From: an uncultured Clostridia bacterium
GTDB taxonomy: Bacteria > Bacillota > Clostridia > TANB77 > CAG-508
Reading direction: 5' to 3'
DNA length: 64,000 nucleotides
Assembly: GCA_949538735.1 (NCBI GenBank)
Contig: CATGLK010000009.1
Location: 657 to 64,656, forward strand
The notes under the pieces were generated by a model. It saw only the letters and a list, made by a program, of their open reading frames with translations, was not told where the DNA came from and did not search any database. Position numbers and translations under genes: made by a program. Below are positions 1 through 12,165 of the stretch, piece by piece (positions within the stretch are counted from its first letter, which is position 1; each line of letters begins with the position of its first letter).

Positions 1-1921
1 TTTAATTCTATATTTGTATATTCATTAAAAAACTTCATTGAACCTTTTACAAATGGAATTAATTTTGTTTTAAATTTTTTAGTTTTTTCATCATCACCTA
101 ACACATTATATAAATCTTCTAATAATGGCATTTGTTTAGCACTTTTAAATTCTTTTTTTATTTTATTATTAATTTTTATTTTATTAAATAAACTATCATC
201 ATCAAAATCTATATTTTTTATTTTATATGTTTTTATTAATTTCTCTTCAATTAATGCTTTCTCTTCTTCGTCTAATTCTCCAAAAATCAAATTAAAAAAT
301 CCTATTAATTTTCCTATCTTTGTTGCTAGGTATCCACTTTCTCCTTCTTCTAGACTTTCTTTTCTAATTTCTAGAATATTGATGTAGGTCTCAGAATTTG
401 GCCCAATTTTTATTTGAACACCTTTCAAATTTTCACACAAATTATTATATTCTCTTTCTGGGTCAATAATATATTGTTTTATTCCTAATAATTTATATCT
501 TAATATTAATAATTTTGTATAAAAAGATTTTCCAGCTCCACTAGTTCCAAATATGCACATATTAGCATTTTTATATTTTTTATTATATCTATCGATAAAT
601 ACCAATGAATTATTATAAATATTTGTTCCAATAAAAATTCCGTCTTCATCAAATATTGTTGAAGATATAAATGGATATGTTGCAAGTAATCCCGAAGATA
701 AAATATTTCTTTTTGCTGCATCTTTTATTTTTTCATTATTTTCCATTATCGGTAAGCAGGTTAAAAATAATTCTTCTTGTCTAAAATTTGCTCTTCGTGT
801 TTGCATTCCTTTACTTTGTGTTATTCCTTCAACTTTATTTAAATAATATTCTAATTTATTTATATCTTCTGCATAAATATTGATATAAATATATAATAAA
901 TAAATATCCTCGTTGTTCACTTGTATCTCTTTTCTTATGTATTTGGCGTCATTATATGTAAAAGCTGCAATATCAATATCTTCTCTATTTTGATTTTTAT
1001 CTTTTAATTCTACTCCCACATTTCCAATATGATATGTTAAATCTTTTATTGTTTTATATGAATTTTGTTTTTCATAAAAAATAGAAATATTCATATTAAT
1101 ATTTGTTTCAATTAAAGTTTTTAATAAAATATCAGTCTGTTCTCTATAATAATTTACGACAATTAATCCTGAATAATATAAATTATCAATTTCTATAAAT
1201 TTTGGATTTTGCATATTTATATATGATGGAGATATTTTGTCTTTTTCATCTACACTACCGTCATAAAAATTTTCTTCATTTTTTTTAATTATTTTATTTT
1301 TTATTTTTTCTATAATTTCTTGTTTTATTTTTATTCCCCCATTTCTATTATTTTATTATTATTTTTTTTCGTATTTAATAAAGAAAAAAATAATTTTTCT
1401 ATTTCTTTTTTATTTGATAATTCTATAACTGAATTTCCACATCGAGATAAACATTCTTTGATTTTAAAATATTTTTCTTTTAAATCATTTTTAATAATTT
1501 CTTCAGATTGTATTTTTTCTTTTTTCTTATTTATTTTATTAGATATAATAATATAAAAATTTTTTGATGATGATTTTTTACTTTGATTTAATTTATTAAT
1601 AAAATCGATATAATTTTGCGATATATTTTCAAGATATTTATTTTCTTTTTTTAAAATATTTTTTTGAATATTAGAAATATTTTGAGTTAAATCGATTTTA
1701 CTACTTTGAATAAAAATTTGAATATCAAAATTACAAGTTTTTAAAAAAATTTTATAAGAATTTAAAATAGCTTCTTTTTCTAAATCAGATTTTAAATTAT
1801 AATTTATTGGAATTATTTTTAATATTTTTATATATTTATTTTTTAATTTAACAATTCCGTCATTATAAATTTCTTGTATCGGTAGCCATTGTTGTATTGT
1901 TTTATCTTTTATTTTATTCAC
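1..1921 (-). pseudogene. TrsE/VirB4-type conjugative-transfer ATPase. The 3' end is cut by the window edge and the gene is interrupted by a frameshift in the C5 run at 1336-1340.
   Basis: Minus-strand translation gives an N-terminal domain (ORF 1331..1921, GTG start, motif IKILKIIPINYNLKSDLEKEAIL...FDIQIF). A second frame is open from 1352 to position 1, with a middle domain (ISPSYINMQNPKFIEI...), Walker A (IFGTSGAGKSF, about 520-555) and IIDPEREY. The two frames overlap at 1331-1352, and a single extra G/C in the homopolymer would fuse them. RBS AGGAGG at 1924-1929. Confidence 0.6.
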
Positions 1922-1937
1922 CTCCTATTGTTTTTTT

Positions 1938-1993
1938 ATTTTACTCTCAATATTTATATTTGTCAAGAAAAACTTTTCGACAAAATTCGACAA
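1938..1993 (-). promoter_or_regulatory. Minus-strand promoter (-35 TTGACA from revcomp of 1961-1966, 17-nt spacer, -10 TAAAAT from revcomp of 1938-1943) with the tandem direct repeat CTTTTCGACAAAATTCGACAA (1973-1993) just upstream.
   Basis: Consensus hexamers were read directly. The same 36-bp module, TGTCAAGAAAAACTTTTCGACAAAATTCGACAA, recurs in inverted orientation at 47830-47866. Confidence 0.45.
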
Positions 1994-2550
1994 TGCAGTT
2001 TATTCCCTTATCTCCCAAAGCATAGAATGTTTTTTCTATCTTCAAATTAACCGATGTTTTTGTGCTCCGTCTCCAAAAACATCAAAAATTTTTTTATTTT
2101 TTTGAATATTATTTTTATTTTTGAACATAATACTATTATAAGGTTGATGATAGTTGAGCGAAGAATATTAATAGATAACATTTTGTTTATTAATATTCGA
2201 GCAAAGATTTATTATAGTGTATTTTCATATATTATAATAAGTCGGCGATAAGAATTTATTATTTGTTTGTAGGCTGTATTTTTATTTAATTTATTTCTGA
2301 AATATTTTTTATATTTAATATATGGTCAAATGATAGGTAATAAATTCGAGCTAAGATTATTCTTATATCTAACAATTAAGAGTGGTTATTACTAGTCCCT
2401 TTGGGATGAATATAGTTACTTAGGGTGTATTAATGGTCGAGCGACTGATTAATATATGTGGTATTAGAGCTTATTTATGTAGCAATATATATTAGGTTTT
2501 AATATTAGATATATTAGTTTTAGTAGAGATTATTATTGGCTTTATAGATT

Positions 2551-2583
2551 AATGGCAGATAAGTATCATTCTTATCTGCCATT
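2551..2583. other. Perfect 13-bp stem hairpin (AATGGCAGATAAG / CTTATCTGCCATT) with a 7-nt loop, in the non-coding stretch between the VirB4-like gene and gyrB.
   Basis: Inverted repeat seen directly. It is followed by AAATTTTTA on the plus strand. Confidence 0.5.
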
Positions 2584-2603
2584 AAATTTTTATTCAAAAT
2601 ATA

Positions 2604-2660
2604 GATGTGTCCCAAATTGGACAAAATGTCCAAAAAGAAACGTCCCCAACTGTCCCAATG
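2604..2660. repeat. Family B GC-rich repeat (GTGTCCCAAAtTGGACAAAATGTCCAAAAaGAAACGTCCCCAAcTGTCCCAATG), copy 1, abutting the gyrB stop.
   Basis: Near-identical copies at 38858-38912 and 48674-48730. Contains short GTCC..GGAC inverted units. Confidence 0.7.
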
Positions 2661-2663
2661 TCT

Positions 2664-4592
<1,929 letters not shown>

Positions 4593-5681
4593 TTAATTTC
4601 CTCCTTTAAAAACGTTTCCGTCTTTTACATTATATATTAAAATATTTTTATTTTCAATATCTATTTTATCTGTACACGTAATAATAACTTGTGTATTATC
4701 AATTTTCTCTAAAAAATGATTTCTTCTTTTTTGGTCCAACTCAGACATAAAATCATCTAACAATAATATTGGATATTCTCCAATTTCTTCTTCAATAATA
4801 TTTAATTCTGATAATTTCAGTGAAAGTATTGCTGTCCTGTGTTGCCCTTGTGACCCATAGATATCTAATCTCTTCTTATTAATATATATCACAAAATCAT
4901 CTCTATGTACACCCTTTGTTGTAAAACCTTTTATTATATCTAATTTTCTTCTCGATTTTAATAAATTTAAAAAATTTTCTTTATTATCACATTCAGTAAT
5001 ATATTCAATTTCAATTTCTTCTTTATCATCTGTTATTTCATTATGAATTTTTTTTATTTTTTCTTGAATTTTTTCCATATATTCATTTCTATATTTAGAA
5101 ATTGTAACTGCATATTCCGCTAATTTTTCATCCCAAATTTCTAATAAATTTTCATCTTTATTTTCTTCTCTTATTTGTCTTAAATAATTATTTCTTTGTT
5201 CTAAGGTTTTTAAATATAAATTTAAATTATGCATATAATTTGGTTTTAATTGACTAATCATAATATCTAAAAATTTTCTTCTATTTTGTGGTCCGCCTTT
5301 TAAAATATTAATATCATCTGGAGTAAAAATTACTACATTAATATTCCCTAATAATTCACTAAGCTTTTTTATTTTTATTCCATTAATATATACATTTTTT
5401 CTATTACCCAATTCTATTTTTATTTTTCCATCTCTATCTGTTTTTTGATATTCAATTTCTATAATTGCATTTTCTGAATTTAATTTTATCATTTCTTTAT
5501 CTTTATTAGTTCTAAAAGACCTACCCATACTACATAAAAAAATTGATTCAATTATATTAGTTTTTCCTTGAGCATTTTCTCCATAAAAAACATTTATATT
5601 TTTTTCTAAATTAATTTCTTGCAAATTATAATTCCTAAAATTATTTATTTTAATTTTACTTATCCACATATTATTCTCCAT
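4593..5681 (-). CDS. recF: DNA replication/repair protein RecF
   Basis: 362 aa, N-terminal Walker A (GENAQGKTNIIESI), SMC-like signature region and LLLDDFMSELD. Its stop abuts the gyrB start. Confidence 0.9.
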   Translation of the reverse strand: MENNMWISKIKINNFRNYNLQEINLEKNINVFYGENAQGKTNIIESIFLCSMGRSFRTNKDKEMIKLNSENAIIEIEYQKTDRDGKIKIELGNRKNVYINGIKIKKLSELLGNINVVIFTPDDINILKGGPQNRRKFLDIMISQLKPNYMHNLNLYLKTLEQRNNYLRQIREENKDENLLEIWDEKLAEYAVTISKYRNEYMEKIQEKIKKIHNEITDDKEEIEIEYITECDNKENFLNLLKSRRKLDIIKGFTTKGVHRDDFVIYINKKRLDIYGSQGQHRTAILSLKLSELNIIEEEIGEYPILLLDDFMSELDQKRRNHFLEKIDNTQVIITCTDKIDIENKNILIYNVKDGNVFKGGN

Positions 5682-6412
5682 TTGTGTATAATTTTTTCTT
5701 TTTTTATCTATTTTTTTCTAATTTATTCTCTTTTTTTCTATTTTTTACTATTTTTTTCGTATTTTTTATTATTTTTTAAATATAAAATTATATTAATTAA
5801 AAATTAAATCGGCTTATTTTTGATTTTCGCGCTTCGTTTTTTTTATTATTTTTATTTTTTTATATTATTTTCTAATTTATTCTAATTTTTTCTAATTTTT
5901 TTAATAATTATTATTTAATTAATTTATTTTTTATAATATTTTTTATTTAATTATTTTATTTTCATACATTTAATTTATTAATGTAATAATTATAAAAAAT
6001 ATAATAAATAAAATAACCAAAATACCTTTTACCCAAAAATCAAAATCTCTTTTTTTCTATTTTTTTCGATTTTATTCTAATTTATTCTAATTTTTTCATA
6101 ATTATTTAATTAATTATTTTTATTATTTTTTAATAAAGTTATCCACAGTTTCAAAAATCGCCAAAATCTAATTTATTCTATTTTATTCTTTTTTTTTCGA
6201 ATTTATTCTATTTTTTTCATTACAATATTTTTCCACATTCAATATTTATTATCCACAATTAATTTACAATTTGTGGATAATTTTTAATTTTTTCAAACTT
6301 TTTTTTAGGACAGGCCAAAAAAGTTTCACTCGCGGACGTTTTGGGCCTGTCCCAAAAAATCCATTTTAAAAATTTGAAAGGTAGAATTTATTTCTACCTT
6401 TCCCCTATTTTT
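5682..6412. other. Gene-free, AT-rich 730-bp recF-dnaN gap. It carries three perfect DnaA boxes (TTATCCACA at 6139-6147 and 6249-6257; TGTGGATAA at 6272-6280) and degenerate TTTTTTCTAATTTATTCT-type repeats. Candidate extra oriC/DUE segment.
   Basis: Boxes and repeats read directly. No ORF with a plausible product. A family A palindrome lies at 6308-6353. Confidence 0.55.
6308..6353. repeat. Family A palindromic element (GGACAGGCCAAAAAAGTTTCACTCGCGGACGTTTTGGGCCTGTCCC). About a 13-bp stem with one bulge and an 18-nt loop.
   Basis: Related copies at 37743-37875, 38781-38838 and 61292-61338. A compensatory GGCC/GGCC to GGTC/GACC change occurs in the 61292 copy. Confidence 0.7.
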
Positions 6413-7531
6413 TTATTCTTCTTTTAATCTGATTGGTAAAATCATATAAGTATAATCATTATTTTCTGTTGATTTTACTAAACAAGGTGAAATGCTTGAA
6501 CCAAATTCTATATAAACTTCTTCATCATCAATTGCTTTTAAACTATCCAAGAAATACTTTGGATTAAATCCTGCTTCCAAATTTTTTCCTTCAGTTGAAA
6601 CATATAATTCTTCTTTTGCATCTCCTGTTTGATTTGTACAAGAAATTACAACTTTACCTATATCAACTTGTACTTTTACAGGATATTTTTTTTCTTTTTC
6701 TACACTTGATGCTGATATCAAGCTAATTCTTTCAAAACTATTTTGTATACTATTTTTATTTACTTTAATTCTTGTCTCCCAATTATTTGGTATAACATTT
6801 TTATAATTTAAAAACTCACCATCTAAAATTCTTGTTACAATTTTGCAATTATCCATTTCGAATAATGCTTGATTTTTAGAAACTCCTATTTTTATTGGTT
6901 CAAAAGAATCTGATATTATTTTATTTACTTCATTCAATGTTTTTCCTGGTATTACTGCATTAAAATTATTTGTTTGTTTATTTAAATAAATACTTCTTAG
7001 TGCTAATCTAAATCCATCAACAGCAACTAAATTTAATTTATTATTTTCGATTTCGAATAAGCAACCTGTAAAAATTGGTCTACTTTCTTCTGAGCTTACT
7101 GCAAAAATTGTTTTTCTAATCATATTTTTTAAAACACTTTGATCTATTTCAATAGAATTTTCAACTTCTATTTTTGGAAGTTCTGGAAATTCATCTGGAT
7201 TCATTGTTGCTAATTTGTATAATGAACCTTCACATTCAATTTCTAATAAATTTTTGTCATTTATAGAAATATGAATTTCTGTATCTGGTAATTTTCTAAT
7301 GATTTCACTAAACATTATAGCATTAACAACTGTACTTCCTTGTTCTTTTACTTCACATTCCATTATATATTCAATACCTATTTCTAAATCATAGGTTGTT
7401 AATTTTATTTCATTGTCATTAGTTTGAATTAATATTCCTTCTAATATTGGCATTGTTGTCTTAGAAGCAACGCCTTTAACTACGGAATTGATAGCTTTAA
7501 TGATTTTATCTTTATAGCAAACGATTTTCAT
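6413..7531 (-). CDS. dnaN: DNA polymerase III beta sliding clamp
   Basis: 372 aa, three-domain clamp architecture, position immediately downstream of dnaA. Confidence 0.95.
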   Translation of the reverse strand: MKIVCYKDKIIKAINSVVKGVASKTTMPILEGILIQTNDNEIKLTTYDLEIGIEYIMECEVKEQGSTVVNAIMFSEIIRKLPDTEIHISINDKNLLEIECEGSLYKLATMNPDEFPELPKIEVENSIEIDQSVLKNMIRKTIFAVSSEESRPIFTGCLFEIENNKLNLVAVDGFRLALRSIYLNKQTNNFNAVIPGKTLNEVNKIISDSFEPIKIGVSKNQALFEMDNCKIVTRILDGEFLNYKNVIPNNWETRIKVNKNSIQNSFERISLISASSVEKEKKYPVKVQVDIGKVVISCTNQTGDAKEELYVSTEGKNLEAGFNPKYFLDSLKAIDDEEVYIEFGSSISPCLVKSTENNDYTYMILPIRLKEE

Positions 7532-7853
7532 TTTGCTTCCTCCTTTATAATAATATAATATTTTTTAGTAGTAGTAGTAATAGGTGCTGTGGAAACTGTG
7601 GAAAACTATGTGGAAACATACAACCCCTAACAAAAATGATGTTTATAACTCAGTGGATAACTCAAGTAACAATCCACAGGTTTCAACATGCCATGTGTAA
7701 AACTTGAGATATACACAGTTTATCAACAGGTTATTAACACCCCCCTGTGGATAACGAATGCATTGCTTCCGTAGGAACAGAAACAATTACATTTTTCGAA
7801 CAATCATTTTTACAAACACAAATTTCAAAAAAAACTTGAAGTCGTTTTTGCTC
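7532..7853. promoter_or_regulatory. dnaA-dnaN intergenic oriC segment with a DnaA-box cluster (TGTGGAAAC/TGTGGAAAA x3 at 7588-7617, aGTGGATAA 7652-7660, ATCCACA 7672-7678, perfect TGTGGATAA 7746-7754).
   Basis: Box sequences read directly. Typical Firmicute bipartite-origin position. Confidence 0.8.
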
Positions 7854-9206
7854 TTATTGTTTTCCATCTATGATGATGTTTTTCACACTATCCACAATTA
7901 GCTTAGTATTATTTTTTTCTTTCACTTCTTTTTCAATTTTTTTACATCCATGCATAACAGTTGAATGATCTCTTCCCCCAAAGTCCACTCCTATCTGTGG
8001 ATAAGACATATTTGCAATTTCTCTACAAAGGTACATTGCAATTTGTCTTGGAAAAGCGATATCATTTGACCTTTTATTTCCTGCTAAATCTTCTTTGCTA
8101 ATACTGAAATATTTTGCAACAGTTTCTTTTATAAAGTCACAAGATATTACCTTTTCATTCTCATATTTAAATTCATTAATAATATTTTCAGCCAATTCAA
8201 TAGTAATTGGACTATGTGTTAATGAAGCTCTAGCAACAATTTTATTAAATACACCTTCAAGTTCTCTTATGTTTGAATCAATCTTATTAGCAATATTTGA
8301 AAGTATAAAATCTTCAATGATTATATTTTCATCTTGAGCTTTTTTTCTTAAAATTGCTAAACGAGTTTCATAATCTGGGCAAGAAATATCAGCTAAAAGC
8401 CCCCATTCAAATCTAGATTTTAATCTGTCTTCTAAAAATTGAATATCTCTAGGTGGTTTATCACTAGATAGTATAATTTGCTTACCTTCTTCGTATAAAG
8501 CATTAAATGTGTGGAAAAATTCCTCTTGAACTCTTTCTTTTCCAGCAATAAATTGAATATCATCTATCAATAAAACATCGATATTTCTATATTTATTTCT
8601 AAAAAATTCATTTTTATTATCTTTTATTGCATTAATTAATTGGTTTGTAAATTTTTCAGAAGTAACATATAAAACATTTGCATTTCTGTTGTTTTCTAGA
8701 ATTCTATTTCCAATTGCATGCATTAAGTGAGTTTTCCCCAAACCTACGCCTCCGTAAAGGAAAAGCGGATTATAGGAATTTGAAGGTTCATTTCCAACGG
8801 CTAAAGCAGCAGCATGTGCAAATCTATTGTTATTACCGACAACGAAGGTTTCAAAAGTATATTTTGGGTTCAAAGTAGATTTGTTAGATTCGATTTCTGC
8901 TGAAGAAATATTTGAATCATTTGTTATTACTTCGCTTTCTACGGCATTATTTTCTTTTGAAAGATCGACAACAGAGAAAGTCCATTCTTTGTTAGTAATA
9001 AAACGTAAAGTGTTAAAAACAAGACTTCTATATTTGTTCTCGATAAAATCTTGTTGAAATTCAGAATTAGCTGTAAAAACTATGTGATTACCTTCAATGC
9101 TTCGAATATCTAATGGCAAAATCCATGTTTCATATGATATTTGAGTTAATTCTGGCTTTAAGGCTTCTTTAATTTTTGCAATTAATTCTTCTTTTTCGAT
9201 AGCCAT
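7854..9206 (-). CDS. dnaA: Chromosomal replication initiator DnaA
   Basis: 450 aa, AAA+ Walker A (GGVGLGKTHL), box VII, and a C-terminal DNA-binding helix-turn-helix. Confidence 0.95.
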   Translation of the reverse strand: MAIEKEELIAKIKEALKPELTQISYETWILPLDIRSIEGNHIVFTANSEFQQDFIENKYRSLVFNTLRFITNKEWTFSVVDLSKENNAVESEVITNDSNISSAEIESNKSTLNPKYTFETFVVGNNNRFAHAAALAVGNEPSNSYNPLFLYGGVGLGKTHLMHAIGNRILENNRNANVLYVTSEKFTNQLINAIKDNKNEFFRNKYRNIDVLLIDDIQFIAGKERVQEEFFHTFNALYEEGKQIILSSDKPPRDIQFLEDRLKSRFEWGLLADISCPDYETRLAILRKKAQDENIIIEDFILSNIANKIDSNIRELEGVFNKIVARASLTHSPITIELAENIINEFKYENEKVISCDFIKETVAKYFSISKEDLAGNKRSNDIAFPRQIAMYLCREIANMSYPQIGVDFGGRDHSTVMHGCKKIEKEVKEKNNTKLIVDSVKNIIIDGKQ

Positions 9207-9609
9207 TCATATCATCCTTTCTAAAAATAAGTTATCCACAAAGTTATCCACAACTGTTGATAACTTTGTAATAGTTTTGTAAAAAAGAAAAAACTTTATA
9301 CGAACAAAAATTTAAGTATTACCAAGAAAAAGCTTAATTATTTTTTACTTTCACATAATAACAAATTTATACACAATAAGTCAATAAAATTGTGGAAAAA
9401 AATTTTTTTCTGTGGATAATTTTGAAAAAAACTGTGGAAAACTTAATAAATGTTACAATCATATTACAAAACAGTAAAAAAAATTTCCAAAAATTACTTG
9501 ACATATATAGGTTTTTTGGAGTATAATCGATATACTTGTTATTTTGTAAAAAAATAATTTCCAAACAAAATGGAATTTTATAAATAAAATCAATAGGAGG
9601 TGCCAAAGA
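9207..9609. promoter_or_regulatory. dnaA upstream oriC segment with DnaA boxes (TTATCCACA at 9232-9240 and 9244-9252; TGTGGAAAA 9391-9399; TGTGGATAA 9411-9419; TGTGGAAAA 9433-9441) and the rpmH promoter region.
   Basis: Boxes read directly. Confidence 0.8.
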
Positions 9610-9744
9610 ATGAAAAGAACATTCCAACCAAAAAACAGACAAGAAAAGAAAGAACACGGATTTATGAAAAGAATGAAAACAAGAGCAGGAAGAAACGTAC
9701 TAAAAGCAAGAAGAGCAAAAGGTAGAAAAAAATTAAGTGCTTAA
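9610..9744 (+). CDS. rpmH: 50S ribosomal protein L34
   Basis: 44-aa [47 protein letters not shown]. Missed by the ORF track because it is shorter than the size cutoff. Confidence 0.9.
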   Translation: MKRTFQPKNRQEKKEHGFMKRMKTRAGRNVLKARRAKGRKKLSA

Positions 9745-9872
9745 TTAAATTATGTTTTATGAATAAAAAATTCGTAAAAAAGGGTCGCCATAAAAGCGAG
9801 CCTTTTAACGCATAATTTAACTTAAAACAACGTTTTTTCATTAAAAAGGCCTTAAAGAAGGGAAAAAGAATA

Positions 9873-10226
9873 ATGAAAAAAACAAAAATGTTAAAGAAAA
9901 ATTATGAATTTAAAAATGTGTTAACAAAAGGAAAATACTATTCAGGGGACTGTATAGAAGCATTCATACAAACAAATAAAAACAAAGAAATAAATCTTTT
10001 AGGAATTGCAATAGGTGTAAAAATAGCAAAAGCAACAAAAAGAAATAAAATAAAAAGACTAATAAGAGAAAACTATAAAAACTGCGAAAATTACACAAAA
10101 ACAGGAAACAATATAGTATTTTTATGGAAAAAGAAAGTTGACACAAACCAAGCAACTTTCGAAAACATAAAAAAAGATATGAATAAAATCTTTAAAAAAG
10201 CAAAACTTTTTGTAGAGGAAGAATAA
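9873..10226 (+). CDS. rnpA: RNase P protein component
   Basis: 117 aa, basic, [11 protein letters not shown] motif, synteny after rpmH. Confidence 0.85.
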   Translation: MKKTKMLKKNYEFKNVLTKGKYYSGDCIEAFIQTNKNKEINLLGIAIGVKIAKATKRNKIKRLIRENYKNCENYTKTGNNIVFLWKKKVDTNQATFENIKKDMNKIFKKAKLFVEEE

Positions 10227-10444
10227 TGAAAAAATTACTTATATGGCTAATTACACAATATCAAAAATACATTTCAAAATGGCTAAAAAGTAAAAACATA
10301 AATTGTAAATTCTATCCTAGTTGCTCAGAATACACTAAACAAGCAATAGAAAAGTATGGAGCAATAAAAGGGCTAACACTAGGAATATGTAGAATTATAA
10401 GATGTAATCCTTTTTCAAAAGGTGGATATGATCCATTAAAATAG
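10226..10444 (+). CDS. yidD: Membrane protein insertion efficiency factor YidD
   Basis: 72 aa with conserved Cys motif (YPSCSEY), overlapping the rnpA stop. Confidence 0.8.
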   Translation: MKKLLIWLITQYQKYISKWLKSKNINCKFYPSCSEYTKQAIEKYGAIKGLTLGICRIIRCNPFSKGGYDPLK

Positions 10445-10461
10445 AACAAGGAGGAAAATAA

Positions 10462-11358
10462 ATGTTTCAACTATTTGCAAACATATTTGGTTATTTACTA
10501 CAGCTAATGTATACACTAGTAAATAACTACGGATTAGCGATAATCATATTTACAGTAGTAATAAAAGTATTATTATTACCATTATCAATAAAACAGCAAA
10601 AAACAATGAAAAAAAGTGCTGAATTACAAGAAAAAATGAAAGTAATTCAATTCAAATATAAAAACGACCCAGAGAAAATGAACCAAGAAATAATGGAACT
10701 ATACAAAACAGAAAAAATGAATCCATTTAGTGGATGTTTAACAGCAATTGTACAAATGTTGCTATTAATATCAATTTTCTATTTAGTAAGATGTCCATTA
10801 ACATATATGGAAAAAATACCACAAGATAATATAAATACATATATACAACAACTAAAAGAAGCAGAAAAGCCAGTAAGTGAAGTATATCCAGAAATAGACT
10901 TAATAAGAGAATACGAATTTTTAAAAGAGAAAAATCCAGAAGACAGCAATGTAGAAAAAATTAATATTCAAATGAACTTATTTGGACTAGATTTAAGCAA
11001 AATACCACAACAAAACATGTCAGACTATACAGTATATATAATTCCTGTATTGTATATCTTATCATCATTTATCTCTATAAGACTAACAACAGCAATGCAA
11101 GCAAAACAACAAAATAAAGATAAAAAACAAGAAGAACCAATAATAGACGGTGAAACAGGAAAAGCACTAGTAGAAAAACCAGAAGAAAACGAATTAGATG
11201 CAGTTATGCAAACAAATAAAATGATGTCTTGGATGATGCCAATATTATCTATTTCAATAGCATTTGTTGCACCACTAGGACTAGCATTATATTGGTTAAT
11301 GAATAATATATTAATGATAATTGAAAGATTAGTTCTAGATAAAGTAGTAAAATCCTAA
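10462..11358 (+). CDS. yidC: YidC/Oxa1 family membrane insertase (SpoIIIJ-like)
   Basis: 298 aa, multi-TM, synteny. Confidence 0.85.
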   Translation: MFQLFANIFGYLLQLMYTLVNNYGLAIIIFTVVIKVLLLPLSIKQQKTMKKSAELQEKMKVIQFKYKNDPEKMNQEIMELYKTEKMNPFSGCLTAIVQMLLLISIFYLVRCPLTYMEKIPQDNINTYIQQLKEAEKPVSEVYPEIDLIREYEFLKEKNPEDSNVEKINIQMNLFGLDLSKIPQQNMSDYTVYIIPVLYILSSFISIRLTTAMQAKQQNKDKKQEEPIIDGETGKALVEKPEENELDAVMQTNKMMSWMMPILSISIAFVAPLGLALYWLMNNILMIIERLVLDKVVKS

Positions 11359-11372
11359 GGAGGTGCCAGTTA

Positions 11373-12071
11373 ATGGCAAAAAGTATTATTTCAGAAGGAA
11401 AAACAACAAACGAAGCAATAGAAAAAGGGCTAAAAGAATTAAAAGTTTCTAAAAAAATGGTAGATATAAAAGTCTTAGAAAACGAAGACAAGCGTAGTTT
11501 TTTCAGTATTTTAGCACCAAGAGTTGTAAAAGTAGAATTAACAGTAAAAGAAAATATAAAGGAAAAACAAAGAGAAATACCATCACCTAAAAAAGAAATC
11601 AATTTAACAGAGCAAGAACTAGAAAAAGCAGCAGAAAGAGTAGAAAAATTTATAAAAGAAATCAAAACAGAACTACCAGAAGATGTAACATACAACATAG
11701 AAAAAACATCAAAAGGACTTGAAGTAAGCATAAATAGTAAAGATTTAGGATATCTAATAGGATATAGGGGAGAAACCTTATATGCAATGCAAAGTATATT
11801 ATCAGCAATTGCAAGCAAAGGAAATCAAAACAGAATTAGAGTAATATTGGACATTGAAGGTTACAAAGCAAAAAGGGAAAAAACATTAGAAGAATTGGCA
11901 GAAAAAGTTGCAAAAACAGTAATAAGAACAAGAAAACCTGTAAAATTAGAGCCAATGCAAGCATATGAAAGAAAAATAATACATAGCAAACTACAAGGAA
12001 ACCCTAAAATAGAGACAATAAGTGAAGGTCAAGAACCACACAGAAGAATAGTAATATCACTAAAAAAATAA
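11373..12071 (+). CDS. jag: Jag/KhpB (EloR) RNA-binding protein with KH and R3H domains
   Basis: 232 aa, C-terminal R3H (IHSKLQGNPKIETISEG), synteny after yidC. Confidence 0.8.
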   Translation: MAKSIISEGKTTNEAIEKGLKELKVSKKMVDIKVLENEDKRSFFSILAPRVVKVELTVKENIKEKQREIPSPKKEINLTEQELEKAAERVEKFIKEIKTELPEDVTYNIEKTSKGLEVSINSKDLGYLIGYRGETLYAMQSILSAIASKGNQNRIRVILDIEGYKAKREKTLEELAEKVAKTVIRTRKPVKLEPMQAYERKIIHSKLQGNPKIETISEGQEPHRRIVISLKK

Positions 12072-12165
12072 TTTAATAAATAAAATCGGAGGTCAAAGGT
12101 CGGATTTTACAATAAAAATGTAAATTCTATCTTTGACTCTTTTTTTGTATAAAAGGAGGAGAAAA

